Shown one piece after another: positions 1-10,297 of a stretch of 64,000 nucleotides of DNA. A program made the position numbers and the translations under genes. Under the pieces are notes generated by a model. The model saw only the letters and a program-made list of their open reading frames with translations, was not told where the DNA came from and searched no databases. Source of the stretch: an uncultured Bacteroidota bacterium (lineage in GTDB: Bacteria > Bacteroidota > Bacteroidia > Chitinophagales > LD1); assembly GCA_903919075.1 (NCBI GenBank), contig CAIXGR010000043.1, positions 3,053 to 67,052 of the forward strand. Direction: 5' to 3'. The first letter of the stretch is position 1; the number at the start of each line of letters is the position of its first letter.

Positions 1-1659
1 AACCCTTCCGGATAAATTATTTTCGCTCTTATAAATTATCCATGCCAGCCCAATACCGGCCAGCCCGATAGCTACCGGAGCAATCGACATCATTAAATTA
101 AATTCTGAAGGCCATGAGATTCCATCAGATGACACAAATAGGCCAAACGGAACAAAGCCCGCACATATAGCCATTACTCCTAGCAACAACAATGGAATCT
201 TCATTGTCCAAGGCGCTTCTCCATGATGCTCATCTACGCTTTCGTGGTTTGTCTTGTATTCCTTCTTCCAAAAAATTGAAAAATACAATCTGAACATATA
301 AAAGGCCGTAAGCCCTGCAGTTGCGAGCGCAACAAAATATATTCCTTTATGGCTTTGATAAGCCGCAGATAAAATTTCTTCCTTACTAAAAAACCCGCTG
401 AAAGGCGGCACACCGGCAATGGCCAAACATGCAATTAAAAAAGTAAGATGGGTAACCGGCATGTATTTCCGTAAGCCTCCCATATCTTTCATTTCATTAG
501 AATGAACATAGTGTATCACCGCACCGGCACCCAAAAACAATAGTGCTTTAAACATGGCATGTGTAAACAAATGAAACATAGAGGCAGTAAAGCCCAAACC
601 ATTTTCGCCACCGTAACCCGAAACGCCAAGAGCCAGCATCATATAACCAATTTGCGACATGGTTGAATATGCCAACACACGTTTAATATCCGTTTGTGTG
701 CATGCAATGGTTGCTGCAAACAAAGCCGAAAATCCACCGATGTAACCAACCACATGCAAAGCCACCGGACAAGAGATTGCAAAAACCGGGAACAATCTTG
801 CCACCAAATAAACACCGGCTACCACCATGGTTGCTGCATGTATCAATGCGGAAACCGGTGCAGGGCCTTCCATCGCATCCGGCAGCCAGATGTGCAGCGG
901 AAACATAGCGCTCTTTCCGGCACCGCCAATAAAAATCAAAAGCAATCCCCATGTAAGAACCGAGGCTCCCAAGAAAGATGTTGCGATGGTGCTTTGTAAT
1001 TGCGGTGTTGCAGTAGTCAATCTCTCGATCAGCAATTTAAAATCGAGCGTCTGTGCATGAAAAGAAAGCAACAGTATACCAATTAAAAAACCCAGATCGG
1101 CAAAGCGGGTAACAATAAATGCTTTTTTCGATGCTGCGACTGCTGATGGTTTATCGAAATAAAATCCAATAAGTAAGAATGACGAAACTCCCACTAACTC
1201 CCAAAAAATATAAATCTGAAAAATATTTGACGACAGAACCAGGCCTAACATGGAGAAAGTAAACAATGAAAGAAAAGCATAGTAAGTAGAGTAGCGTTCT
1301 TCACCTTTCATGTAACCCAAACTATATATATGCACCATCAACGACACAAAAGTTACTATCACTATCATCATTACTGAAATCGGGTCGAGCAGAACGCCCA
1401 TATTAATCGACATGCCTGGAGAAAATTCCAGCCAGGCAAATTTCACCACCTCCAACTTTTGAAACACCCCATTTACCTTACCCGAAACAAAAAAATATTG
1501 ATAGGCAGTAATGAGCGAGAGAGCTGTTGACGCCAAAAGAGAAAGTGTTCCAATCCATCCGGCGCTTGATTTAAAATGCTTTTTGCCAAAAAGGCCAAGC
1601 AATAAAAAGCCGACCAATGGAAGCAGAGGAATTAAAAGTATGTTGATGTTATTAAACAT
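1..1659 (-). CDS. nuoL: NADH-quinone oxidoreductase subunit L (N-terminal ~553 codons; C-terminus runs off the left edge)
   Basis: Absent from the ORF track because no stop lies inside the window. The reverse strand from the ATG at 1659 reads MFNNINILLIPLLPLVGFLLLGLFGKKHFKSSAGWIG. Around 540-590 it reads TASMFHLFTHAMFKAL. It sits directly downstream of nuoK. Confidence 0.88.
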   Translation of the reverse strand, partial: MFNNINILLIPLLPLVGFLLLGLFGKKHFKSSAGWIGTLSLLASTALSLITAYQYFFVSGKVNGVFQKLEVVKFAWLEFSPGMSINMGVLLDPISVMMIVIVTFVSLMVHIYSLGYMKGEERYSTYYAFLSLFTFSMLGLVLSSNIFQIYIFWELVGVSSFLLIGFYFDKPSAVAASKKAFIVTRFADLGFLIGILLLSFHAQTLDFKLLIERLTTATPQLQSTIATSFLGASVLTWGLLLIFIGGAGKSAMFPLHIWLPDAMEGPAPVSALIHAATMVVAGVYLVARLFPVFAISCPVALHVVGYIGGFSALFAATIACTQTDIKRVLAYSTMSQIGYMMLALGVSGYGGENGLGFTASMFHLFTHAMFKALLFLGAGAVIHYVHSNEMKDMGGLRKYMPVTHLTFLIACLAIAGVPPFSGFFSKEEILSAAYQSHKGIYFVALATAGLTAFYMFRLYFSIFWKKEYKTNHESVDEHHGEAPWTMKIPLLLLGVMAICAGFVPFGLFVSSDGISWPSEFNLMMSIAPVAIGLAGIGLAWIIYKSENNLSGRV

Positions 1660-1683
1660 CTATAGCTTGTCTTTTATATTAAG

Positions 1684-1995
1684 TTAAAACTTCATTTCAT
1701 CAGCATTCTCTATATCTATCGACGAATGGCTCCGGTATAAATTAATAATAATAGCTATAGCCACCGCCGCTTCTGCTGCGGCTATAGCTATTAAAAACAA
1801 AGTAAAAAAAACACCGTCTAAATTGCCACCATACAAGTATTTGTTGAAAGCAATAAAATTAATATTGACGCTATTCAATATTAACTCAATTGACATAAGC
1901 ATGGTTATCATATTCCTTCGGGTAAGAAAACCGAACACACCTATAAAAAAAAGGGCGGTGCTTACAAACAATAAATGCGTTAATCCCACTTCCAT
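1684..1995 (-). CDS. nuoK: NADH-quinone oxidoreductase subunit K
   Basis: Internal ATG at 1995 (codon 26 of ORF 1684..2070) gives MEVGLTHLLFVSTALFFIGVFGFLTRRNMITMLMSIELILNSVNINF. The nuoJ stop and the nuoK start overlap as TAATG. Confidence 0.9.
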   Translation of the reverse strand: MEVGLTHLLFVSTALFFIGVFGFLTRRNMITMLMSIELILNSVNINFIAFNKYLYGGNLDGVFFTLFLIAIAAAEAAVAIAIIINLYRSHSSIDIENADEMKF

Positions 1996-2546
1996 TAGCT
2001 TAATGTGCTGTTTTGTTTTTCCTTTTTCAATACCGTTACGGGCACCTGCTTTAATGCAATAACTATACAACCTACCATTGCTGCCAACAATAACATACTT
2101 ACTACTTCAAAAGGCAAAATATATCCGTGTCCGGTTAAGCTTAAAAGTTGTTCGCCAATAGTATTGGCGGTTAATTCAACTGAGCTTTCCTCAACATTGG
2201 TAAATTCATTTTGCCAAATAATAATGAAACAAAAAGCGAATGCAAATAACACGGCGAGTAGAGAAAAAGACACTCGCAACCTCTTAGGCTTTTCCATTGC
2301 ACGGCCCACCTGTTGGGTAAGAAAAATAGAAAATATAATAAGCACCACTATCCCGCCCACATACACTATAATTTGCACAGCAGCTATAAAATCATAATTC
2401 AACCAAAAATAAATACCTGCAACACCCATCATACTAAACAACAGGTATATGGCCGCACGAAATATTTTTTTCTCAGTAACCGACATCAACGCAGTTATCA
2501 GCGTAAACGCGGCAATAAGAAAAAACATGATGGTCTTAGCTCCCAC
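1995..2546 (-). CDS. nuoJ: NADH-quinone oxidoreductase subunit J
   Basis: 183-aa polytopic membrane ORF located between nuoI and nuoK. Confidence 0.88.
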   Translation of the reverse strand: MGAKTIMFFLIAAFTLITALMSVTEKKIFRAAIYLLFSMMGVAGIYFWLNYDFIAAVQIIVYVGGIVVLIIFSIFLTQQVGRAMEKPKRLRVSFSLLAVLFAFAFCFIIIWQNEFTNVEESSVELTANTIGEQLLSLTGHGYILPFEVVSMLLLAAMVGCIVIALKQVPVTVLKKEKQNSTLS

Positions 2547-2587
2547 TATATATAACTTTTCATTTTACTAAAACTCCAAACCCAAAA

Positions 2588-3058
2588 CTACTCTACCCCT
2601 TCCATTAATTTCGACCCCGGCTTATTTAATATTTTAATTAGTAGGCTTCGGTCATATACACTATGCTCAAAAGTCTGATCCATTTTAATGGCTCCGGTGG
2701 GGCACGCTTCAATACACAAATTACACATAGTGCACAACTCAAGATGATACACAAATGTATCTAGCGCTTTCTTTTTCTTTCCTTCAGGGGTAATATCAAA
2801 TTTGGTAACAATTTTTATAGTCGCGTTCGGGCAGGCTAACTCGCAAGCAGTACAGCCGGTGCACCGGTGTTCGTTTTTTTCATCATGAATCATTACCACC
2901 TCTCCGCGGAAGCGTTCCGGCAATACCTGTTTCACATCCGGGTATTGCTGCGTAATAATTTCTTTGTGATGGAAAAAGTAATAGCCTGTGCGGTTCATAC
3001 CCACCAGCAGCGATTTTACTCCGCCGAAAACTGTTTTTATGTAGTCTACAATAAACAT
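2588..3058 (-). CDS. nuoI: NADH-quinone oxidoreductase subunit I (2x[4Fe-4S])
   Basis: Two ferredoxin-type cysteine motifs are present, CTGCTACELACP and CTMCNLCIEACP. The ATG at 3058 (MFIVDYIK) avoids overlapping nuoH. Confidence 0.9.
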   Translation of the reverse strand: MFIVDYIKTVFGGVKSLLVGMNRTGYYFFHHKEIITQQYPDVKQVLPERFRGEVVMIHDEKNEHRCTGCTACELACPNATIKIVTKFDITPEGKKKKALDTFVYHLELCTMCNLCIEACPTGAIKMDQTFEHSVYDRSLLIKILNKPGSKLMEGVE

Positions 3059-3080
3059 TTCAACTTGTAGTTTTCTTTTC

Positions 3081-4157
3081 TTAAAAATGCCAGCCCATAA
3101 TAGCAACCACTGTAGCCAGCAATAAATTAAACATACTTATCGGCAACAAATACTTCCACTCTAAATTTAGTAACTGATCAATTCGCAGGCGAGGGAAAGT
3201 CCACCTAAACCACATAATAACAAAAATTAAAAAAAATATTTTCCCGAAAAACCACACAATACCTGGTATAAAATCCATTACATGATTGAAAGCACTCCAA
3301 TGGCCGATATGAAATGGCATCCACCCTCCTAAAAACAAAGTAGAGCCGATTGCGCACACAATAAAGATGTTCACATACTCTGCAAGAAAGAAAAGCGCGA
3401 AACGCATTCCTGAATACTCCGTATGAAATCCGGCAGTTAGTTCCGATTCTGCTTCTGCCAAATCGAAAGGTGCGCGATTTGTTTCTGCGGTTACAGCTAT
3501 TATAAAAATAATGAATGCAATAACGGCAGGTATGTGCGCCTTAAACAGCCACCACCCGGTTTGCTGCGATTCGACAATTTTTGATATTTGCAAACTCTCC
3601 GTAAATATTACAATAGTAAGAATGGCCAGTCCGGCAGAAAGCTCATAACTCACAATCTGGGCTCCGCTGCGCATTGCGCCCAATAACGAATATTTATTAT
3701 TGCTTGCCCAACCCGCCATTAAAATTCCAATTACCGAAATAGACGATACCGCAGTAACGTACAGCACACCAATATTCAAATCCCACATTTGCAGCCCTTT
3801 GGTAAAGGCTATGGGTGCCATAATTAGCATAGCAACTATCATTACTAAAAAGGGCGCGAAATTAAACAGGAATTTATCTGCGCCATTTGGCACTAAGCCT
3901 TCTTTAACTACCAACTTCAAAGTGTCGGCCACTGTTTGTAGCGAACCTTGAAACCCTACCCGGTTTGGGCCCAGCCGTATTTGCATGTATGCGGAAACTT
4001 TCCGCTCCATAAAAACTAACACCAAACCCAAAACAGCAAACAGGCTAATAACACAAATACCCACAATCAACATTTCTACCAAAAGCGTACTTGTCGTGCC
4101 GAGAGAAGCGCTCAAGGTGTAGTGAATAGTGTTTTTTAATCCTTCTAAACTAAACAT
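3081..4157 (-). CDS. nuoH: NADH-quinone oxidoreductase subunit H
   Basis: 358-aa membrane ORF with NuoH/ND1-like segments (RLGPNRVG, APFDLAEAESEL). Confidence 0.93.
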   Translation of the reverse strand: MFSLEGLKNTIHYTLSASLGTTSTLLVEMLIVGICVISLFAVLGLVLVFMERKVSAYMQIRLGPNRVGFQGSLQTVADTLKLVVKEGLVPNGADKFLFNFAPFLVMIVAMLIMAPIAFTKGLQMWDLNIGVLYVTAVSSISVIGILMAGWASNNKYSLLGAMRSGAQIVSYELSAGLAILTIVIFTESLQISKIVESQQTGWWLFKAHIPAVIAFIIFIIAVTAETNRAPFDLAEAESELTAGFHTEYSGMRFALFFLAEYVNIFIVCAIGSTLFLGGWMPFHIGHWSAFNHVMDFIPGIVWFFGKIFFLIFVIMWFRWTFPRLRIDQLLNLEWKYLLPISMFNLLLATVVAIMGWHF

Positions 4158-4178
4158 TATATAATTAATGTATTTAAA

Positions 4179-5294
4179 CTATCTGTCAATATCCGGTATT
4201 ACTAAATCTAAAGTTCCCATAATAGCTACCAGGTCGCCAATTTTTTGCCCGCGCGACATGTGGTCGAGTGCAGATAAATTTGAAAACCCGGGTGAGCGGA
4301 ATTTAATCCGGTAGGGTGTTAGCCCTCCTTCACTTACTATATATACACCAAATTCTCCGCGCGCCGTTTCTACTCTTGAATAAAATTCGCCCTTGGGCAA
4401 TTTAAGAACAGCTTTCGTTTTAGCTACAAAATCGCCTTCAGGAATATTGTCTATCAATTGCTCAACAATAGATAATGATTGCATCATCTCTTTCATTCGC
4501 ACCATGTATCGCGCAAAGCAATCGCCTGCCATTTCAAGTGGCTCTTCAAATTTTACATTTTCGTAGCCATCATAAGGGGCAATTTTTCTTATGTCTGATT
4601 TTACTCCCGAAGCTCTTAATACCGCACCGGTACAACCGTATGAAACTGCATCTTCAGGTGATATATAACCTACATTTTTCATGCGTCGCTGAAATATGAT
4701 ATTGTTAGTTACCATCTCATCGTACTCGCCAATTTTTGTTTTGAAATGCGCCACAAATTCTTTTACGTGTTTTTGAAAGTTGGGCTGTATATCAAACATC
4801 ACACCACCGGGTACCATATAATTCATAGTTAACCTGGCACCACAACTTTCCTCCATAATATCGTTAATCATTTCACGCTCGCGAAAAGCATGAAAGAACG
4901 GCGTAAGTGCGCCAACGTCCATTGCCAAAGCGCCCCACCATAAACAGTGCGATGCAATACGAGTCAACTCATCCATTAAAATTCGGATAACTTTTGCGCG
5001 TGGTGGTATTTCTAACTGCAACCCTTTCTCAACACAAAGCGCGCAACCATGATTATTAATGTGCGATGAAAGATAATCCATGCGGCTGGTGCTGTATATA
5101 AATTGCCGGTACGAAAGACTTTCGTCCATCTTCTCAATACTGCGGTGTATATAGCCCAAGTGCGGCTCCACCTTTTTAATAGTCTCACCATTCATAGTAA
5201 CAAACAGGTGAAGCACCCCGTGTGTACTGGGATGTTGCGGCCCTATATTAATTACCAGGTCGCCTTCGGTGGTGGCTGCTACTTCTTCAATCAT
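4179..5294 (-). CDS. nuoD: NADH-quinone oxidoreductase subunit D
   Basis: 371-aa ORF with NuoD/49-kDa-like sequence (GPQHPSTHGVL, RIASHCLWWG, C-terminal DLVIPDIDR). Only 21 nt separate it from the nuoH start. Confidence 0.93.
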   Translation of the reverse strand: MIEEVAATTEGDLVINIGPQHPSTHGVLHLFVTMNGETIKKVEPHLGYIHRSIEKMDESLSYRQFIYSTSRMDYLSSHINNHGCALCVEKGLQLEIPPRAKVIRILMDELTRIASHCLWWGALAMDVGALTPFFHAFREREMINDIMEESCGARLTMNYMVPGGVMFDIQPNFQKHVKEFVAHFKTKIGEYDEMVTNNIIFQRRMKNVGYISPEDAVSYGCTGAVLRASGVKSDIRKIAPYDGYENVKFEEPLEMAGDCFARYMVRMKEMMQSLSIVEQLIDNIPEGDFVAKTKAVLKLPKGEFYSRVETARGEFGVYIVSEGGLTPYRIKFRSPGFSNLSALDHMSRGQKIGDLVAIMGTLDLVIPDIDR

Positions 5295-5341
5295 AATCCT
5301 TAATCCCCGCCGTGGCTGAGACTTAATTCTCTTTTTATTAT

Positions 5342-5800
5342 TTACAGTTTTATCATGTTAACCTCATCCACATAATCTTTGCGTAACGGGTATCCAACCC
5401 AATCGTCAGTTAAAAATAATCTTCTTAACCCCGGGTGGTGCAAAAATTTTACTCCCATTAAATCATAAGCTTCAAGTTCATGTAGCTCGGCCGTGCGCCA
5501 TATTTTGCAAACACTTTCTATTTCTGCATTATTCCTGTCGGCTATTTTTGCTTTTACTACTATAATGTGCTCCAGTTGCGTGGCGCGCAAATGATACACC
5601 ATGCTTAAATGAGTTTTCCAGTCAACAGCAGTAACACAAAATAAAAAATCAAACTGCAGGCTAACATCATTGCGTAGTTGTGTGGCAAGGGGCAGCCACT
5701 CTTTTGCATCAATCAAAACATTCAGCCATTCTCCGGTCTCATCAAACGTAGCCGTAGGAAGTAATTCGGAAATTTTTGTTTTTAATTCTTCTTTAATCAT
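5342..5800 (-). CDS. nuoC: NADH-quinone oxidoreductase subunit C
   Basis: 152-aa ORF between nuoB and nuoD with a 30-kDa-subunit-like segment (ELEAYDLMGVKF, HPGLRRL). Confidence 0.82.
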   Translation of the reverse strand: MIKEELKTKISELLPTATFDETGEWLNVLIDAKEWLPLATQLRNDVSLQFDFLFCVTAVDWKTHLSMVYHLRATQLEHIIVVKAKIADRNNAEIESVCKIWRTAELHELEAYDLMGVKFLHHPGLRRLFLTDDWVGYPLRKDYVDEVNMIKL

Positions 5801-5815
5801 CCCCTTGTTAAAAAA

Positions 5816-6361
5816 CTATTTTTTAATATCTTCTATAGTTATTTTTTCTCTCCTTCCTCCTGCTTTAATTTTATCCTGCAAAGCAATCAGTGCGTGTATC
5901 AACGCTTCCGGCCTGGGAGGGCAGCCTGCTATATAAACATCAACTGGTATTACATGGTCTGCGCCTTTAACTACACTATATGTATTATAGAAAAACGGCC
6001 CTCCGGAAGTAGCACACGCGCCCATAGCTACTACATATTTAGGGTCTGCCATTTGATCGTAAAGACGTTTAAGCACCGGCGCCATTTTATTTACTATTGT
6101 TCCGGCTATAATAATTACATCGGCCTGGCGGGGGGTTGCTCGGGCTACTTCAAAACCAAAACGACTCCAATCATATTTAGCGCTGGCGGCGCTCATCATT
6201 TCAATAGCACAACAACTAGTGCCAAAAACCAAGGGCCATAGCGAATTTGAACGCGCCCAATTCAGCACATCATCCATCTTGCTCACCAAAATCCCTCCAC
6301 CGGGGGTTTGATGAACGTTGCCGGGAAATGCCAAACCTGTTTCTGTTTTCTGCCCTTCCAT
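5816..6361 (-). CDS. nuoB: NADH-quinone oxidoreductase subunit B
   Basis: Contains NuoB/PSST-type motifs: [25 protein letters not shown] and GCPPRPE. Confidence 0.93.
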   Translation of the reverse strand: MEGQKTETGLAFPGNVHQTPGGGILVSKMDDVLNWARSNSLWPLVFGTSCCAIEMMSAASAKYDWSRFGFEVARATPRQADVIIIAGTIVNKMAPVLKRLYDQMADPKYVVAMGACATSGGPFFYNTYSVVKGADHVIPVDVYIAGCPPRPEALIHALIALQDKIKAGGRREKITIEDIKK

Positions 6362-6404
6362 CTGTACTATATAAAGTCAAAAATCTAATGCTCGCGCCAC
6401 TAAA

Positions 6405-6755
6405 TTACATCCACTTCAAGGCTCCTTTCTTATGCGCATACAAAAACCCTAAAAATAAAATAAATAGAAATACTCCAATTTCAACCAGTGCTACCATACC
6501 GGTTTTTTTTACTACTACAGCCCAGGGATAAAGGAAAACCAACTCAACATCAAACACTAAAAACAACAAAGCAAAAAGATAATAACCCACATTCATTTGC
6601 GCCCAGGCTGGCCCTTGGGTGGGCACCCCGCACTCATATGCTTCTCCTTTTTGCGGGTTGTCCGAGCCTTTATTAATCGCTCGGGATAATAGAATACCAC
6701 CACCGGCAAAAGCTATCCCACAAATGGTGAGGAGAATCATGGTTGCTGCACCCAT
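6405..6755 (-). CDS. nuoA: NADH-quinone oxidoreductase subunit A
   Basis: 116-aa three-helix membrane ORF. It is the first gene of the nuo cluster and contains YECG, FDVE and PWA segments. Confidence 0.88.
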   Translation of the reverse strand: MGAATMILLTICGIAFAGGGILLSRAINKGSDNPQKGEAYECGVPTQGPAWAQMNVGYYLFALLFLVFDVELVFLYPWAVVVKKTGMVALVEIGVFLFILFLGFLYAHKKGALKWM

Positions 6756-6900
6756 ACTAATTGTATTAAAAGTTTAATTTAGTGTTTTAGTTTAAACAGC
6801 TTGTAACAATTATCATAAAATAACTCGAGCTTATTGATGTTTGGCGAAACTTTTTATTAACAGATTTGTTCTCTCGTTTAGCATCGTTGGCACAAAACAT

Positions 6901-6908
6901 TATATTTG
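6901..6908 (+). promoter_or_regulatory. Candidate Bacteroidota -7 promoter box (TATATTTG = TAnnTTTG) upstream of the ferredoxin gene
   Basis: Exact match to TAnnTTTG, 27 nt upstream of the ATG at 6935. No well-spaced -33 TTTG was seen. Confidence 0.3.
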
Positions 6909-6934
6909 AAAGTAACAAAATAAATTCAAATACT

Positions 6935-7285
6935 ATGGCAATTAAAATCACTGATGTTTGCATTAACTGTGGCGCCTGCGAACCAGAGTGTCCGAATGGA
7001 GCAATTTACGCTAACGGCGATAATTGGAAAATTGCAGATAAAACTAATGTTCACGGGCAATACACTTTAATGAACGGAGCAAACGTTGATGCTGATGCTA
7101 CACAAGAGCCAGTGTCTAACGATTACTTTTATATCGTTACCGACAAGTGCACTGAATGCAAGGGGTTTCATGATGAGCCACAATGCGCATCTGTTTGCCC
7201 CGTAGATTGCTGTGTTGCCGACCTTGACCATGTGGAGACAGAAGAAGCACTGCTGAATAAGAAAGCGAAGCTTCACCTGGAGTAA
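6935..7285 (+). CDS. 2x[4Fe-4S] ferredoxin with an insertion in the second cluster motif
   Basis: The ATG at 6935 gives MAIKITDVCINCGACEPECPNGAIY, then CTECKGFHDEPQCASVCP (CxxCx8CxxxCP). The track ORF begins earlier at a TTG. Confidence 0.85.
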   Translation: MAIKITDVCINCGACEPECPNGAIYANGDNWKIADKTNVHGQYTLMNGANVDADATQEPVSNDYFYIVTDKCTECKGFHDEPQCASVCPVDCCVADLDHVETEEALLNKKAKLHLE

Positions 7286-7355
7286 TACTATATATACATA
7301 GCTCTTCCTTTTGATTTGGAAGACTTCGAAACAGAACTCTAAATCCTTTTCATAA

Positions 7356-9245
7356 ATGGAAACAATATTAGATTCTACACCACAACGCACTACAATCATT
7401 AAAGAAACTGATAGTGTGGTTGTCCGCTTTTCTGGCGATTCAGGCGATGGCATGCAACTTACCGGTATGCAATTTACAGATACCAGCGCTTTTTTAGGTC
7501 AAGACATTAGCACCTTCCCCGAATTCCCGGCCGAGATTCGCGCGCCGGCAGGAACATTAGCGGGTGTTTCAGGCTTTCAGGTTCATTTTGGAAGTAAAGA
7601 AATATACACCCCCGGTGATATGTACGATGTACTGGTGGTCATGAATTCTGCTGCGCTGAAATCTGACTTGCCTCGCTTGCGTAAAGGTGGCATTATCGTT
7701 GCCAACGTTGCGGGCTTTGATTCAAAAAACCTGAAGCTGGCCGGATATCCCGAAGGTGCGAAGAGCCCGTTGGAAGATGGTACGCTTGAAAATTATCAGG
7801 TATATAAGATAGATGTTACCAAACATACCAAAGATGCATTGAAAGATTCCGGCCTTGGTATGAAGGAAGTAGATCGTTGCAAAAACATGTTTGTGTTGGG
7901 CGTGCTTTTCTGGATGTTTGATAAAAGTATGGAGTATACCATCAAAAACCTGCAAGAGAAATTCGGCAAAAAACCTGAGTTGCTAAATGCCAATCTCATA
8001 GCGTTAAAAAGCGGATGGAACTATGGGGACAATACAGAAATATTTACCACCCGTTATAAAATTTCAGCGGCTAAACTTCCTGCTGGTGTTTACAGAAACA
8101 TTTCCGGAAATCAGGGTCTTGCTATTGGCTTAATTGCTGCTGCAGAAAAAGCAGGCGTTCCTTTATTCCTTGGTTCGTACCCTATCACACCGGCGTCTGA
8201 TGTACTTCACGAGCTTTCAAAATACAAAGCCAACGGAGTAAAAACATTTCAGGCCGAAGATGAGATAGCCGCTATTTGTTCAGCCATTGGTGCGGCTTAC
8301 ACCGGTTCGTTGGGTGTTACCACCACCTCCGGTCCCGGTATGGCATTGAAGGCCGAGGCTATGGGGCTTGCAGTAATTTTTGAAATTCCCTTATTGATTT
8401 GCGACATTCAACGCGGCGGGCCTTCAACCGGTTTGCCTACAAAAACTGAACAAGCCGATTTGTTGATGGCGATGCACGGCAGGCATGGTGAAGCTCCGCT
8501 ACCAATTGTAGCCGCAGCTACGCCCGCAGATTGCTTTGATGCCGTTTACGAAGCAGTGCGCATTGCATTGGAACACATGACACCGGTTATATTTTTAAGC
8601 GATGGTTATATTGCCAATGGTGCTGAACCCTGGAGATTCCCAACCGAAGACCAATTGCCGCCTATTAATTTAAAATTCACCACTACACCTAACAGCGAGA
8701 ACGGAAAATTTCTTCCCTATAAACGCGATGACCGCGGTGTGCGCCCTTGGGTAAAACCCGGCACTAAAGGATTAGAGCATCGTATAGGTGGTTTGGAAAA
8801 ACAAAATGAAACCGGTAACGTTTCGTACGATTCGAAGAATCATGAGTTGATGGTAAAATTGCGTGCTGAAAAAATTGAAAAAATTGCCGACTCTATTCCT
8901 CTTGCAAAACCCGATAGCGGAAAAGATAAAGCTAAAGTGTTGGTATTAGGATGGGGCTCAACCTATGGCGCTATTAAAACTGCGGTGCTTGAATTGCTGG
9001 ATGAAGGTGTAGTTGATGTAGCACACGTGCATTTACGCCACATGAATCCTTTCCCAAAAAACCTTGGACAAATACTTCACGGTTACGATAAAGTTTTAAT
9101 CCCGGAAATGAATACCGGACAGTTGCGCCAATTAATACGTGCTAAATATTTAGTGCCTGCCGAAGGCTTTAGTAAAGTGCAGGGCATGCCGTTTACCACT
9201 GAAGAGATTAAAGAAAAGATTACAGAATTACATAATTCAAAATAG
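7356..9245 (+). CDS. korA: 2-oxoglutarate (2-oxoacid):ferredoxin oxidoreductase subunit alpha
   Basis: 629-aa ORF with the alpha/gamma-fusion architecture typical of KorA. A TPP-binding beta subunit gene follows 8 nt downstream. Confidence 0.82.
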   Translation: METILDSTPQRTTIIKETDSVVVRFSGDSGDGMQLTGMQFTDTSAFLGQDISTFPEFPAEIRAPAGTLAGVSGFQVHFGSKEIYTPGDMYDVLVVMNSAALKSDLPRLRKGGIIVANVAGFDSKNLKLAGYPEGAKSPLEDGTLENYQVYKIDVTKHTKDALKDSGLGMKEVDRCKNMFVLGVLFWMFDKSMEYTIKNLQEKFGKKPELLNANLIALKSGWNYGDNTEIFTTRYKISAAKLPAGVYRNISGNQGLAIGLIAAAEKAGVPLFLGSYPITPASDVLHELSKYKANGVKTFQAEDEIAAICSAIGAAYTGSLGVTTTSGPGMALKAEAMGLAVIFEIPLLICDIQRGGPSTGLPTKTEQADLLMAMHGRHGEAPLPIVAAATPADCFDAVYEAVRIALEHMTPVIFLSDGYIANGAEPWRFPTEDQLPPINLKFTTTPNSENGKFLPYKRDDRGVRPWVKPGTKGLEHRIGGLEKQNETGNVSYDSKNHELMVKLRAEKIEKIADSIPLAKPDSGKDKAKVLVLGWGSTYGAIKTAVLELLDEGVVDVAHVHLRHMNPFPKNLGQILHGYDKVLIPEMNTGQLRQLIRAKYLVPAEGFSKVQGMPFTTEEIKEKITELHNSK

Positions 9246-9253
9246 TTCAGGTT

Positions 9254-10297
9254 ATGGAAACAAGCACCGAAAATACTGCACCGGTAAAACTTACTGCTAA
9301 AGATTTTACATCCGACCAGGAAGTAAAATGGTGCCCGGGCTGTGGCGACTACTCTATCTTAAAACAGGTGCAAACTGTGTTGCCGGATATGGGTGGTGAT
9401 AGAGAAAAATATGTTTTCGTTTCGGGCATCGGTTGCTCATCGCGCTTTCCATATTATATGGCTACGTATGGTATGCACAGTATCCACGGCCGTGCGCCTG
9501 CTATTGCCACCGGTGTAAAGGCTGCAAATCCCGAGTTAAATGTTTGGGTGGTTACCGGGGATGGTGATTTGCTTTCTATTGGTGGCAATCACTTCATTCA
9601 CGTTATGCGCCGCAATCCGAATATTAAACTGATGATGTTCAACAACGAAATTTATGGATTGACCAAAGGCCAGTATTCTCCTACATCATCTAAAGGCATT
9701 GTTACCAAGTCAACACCCTACGGCTCGATTGATGAGCCGTTTAACCCTGCTGAATTAGCGTTAGGCGCAAAGACCTCTTTCTTCGCGCGCACTATCGACC
9801 GCGATCCTAAACACATGCAGGCCGTAATACACCGTGCTAACAAACATCACGGAACTGCATTTGTAGAAGTATATCAAAACTGTCCGGTGTTTAACGATGG
9901 CGTGTTTTTCATTTTCACTGAGAAAGAAACTAAAAAAGAAGAATGCCTTTTTATTGAACACGGTAAGCCTTTGGTTTTCGGACAAACAGAAAATAAAGGC
10001 ATTAAACTGGATGGACTTAAACCGGTGATTGTGGAATTAGGGAATGGTGTTTCGAAAGACGACCTTTGGATACATGATGAGGAGGATAAAACGAAAGCCT
10101 TTATGCTGGCGCGTTTTGCAGACCTGAGTAAAGATTCCGAAACTCATTTCCCGCGCCCCTTCGGTGTTTTCTTCCGTGAAGACCGGCCTTGTATAGATGA
10201 AGACATGGCGAAACAAATAGAAACCATACAAGCAAAAAAAGGCAGAACCTCGCTCAACAAAATTCTTTCGGGCGAGAAAACTTGGACGATAGTTTAG
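9254..10297 (+). CDS. korB: 2-oxoglutarate (2-oxoacid):ferredoxin oxidoreductase subunit beta
   Basis: N-terminal WCPGCGDYSIL motif and a TPP-binding region (VVTGDGDLLSIGGNH, NNEIYGLTKGQ). Confidence 0.88.
   Translation: METSTENTAPVKLTAKDFTSDQEVKWCPGCGDYSILKQVQTVLPDMGGDREKYVFVSGIGCSSRFPYYMATYGMHSIHGRAPAIATGVKAANPELNVWVVTGDGDLLSIGGNHFIHVMRRNPNIKLMMFNNEIYGLTKGQYSPTSSKGIVTKSTPYGSIDEPFNPAELALGAKTSFFARTIDRDPKHMQAVIHRANKHHGTAFVEVYQNCPVFNDGVFFIFTEKETKKEECLFIEHGKPLVFGQTENKGIKLDGLKPVIVELGNGVSKDDLWIHDEEDKTKAFMLARFADLSKDSETHFPRPFGVFFREDRPCIDEDMAKQIETIQAKKGRTSLNKILSGEKTWTIV

Noticed and set aside
234-1060. Short ORFs on both strands at 234..434, 683..952, 694..999, 696..908 and 827..1060.
   Set aside because: All lie inside the edge-truncated nuoL coding region (minus strand, 1..1659). 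They have Cys/His/Arg-rich compositions typical of off-frame translation.
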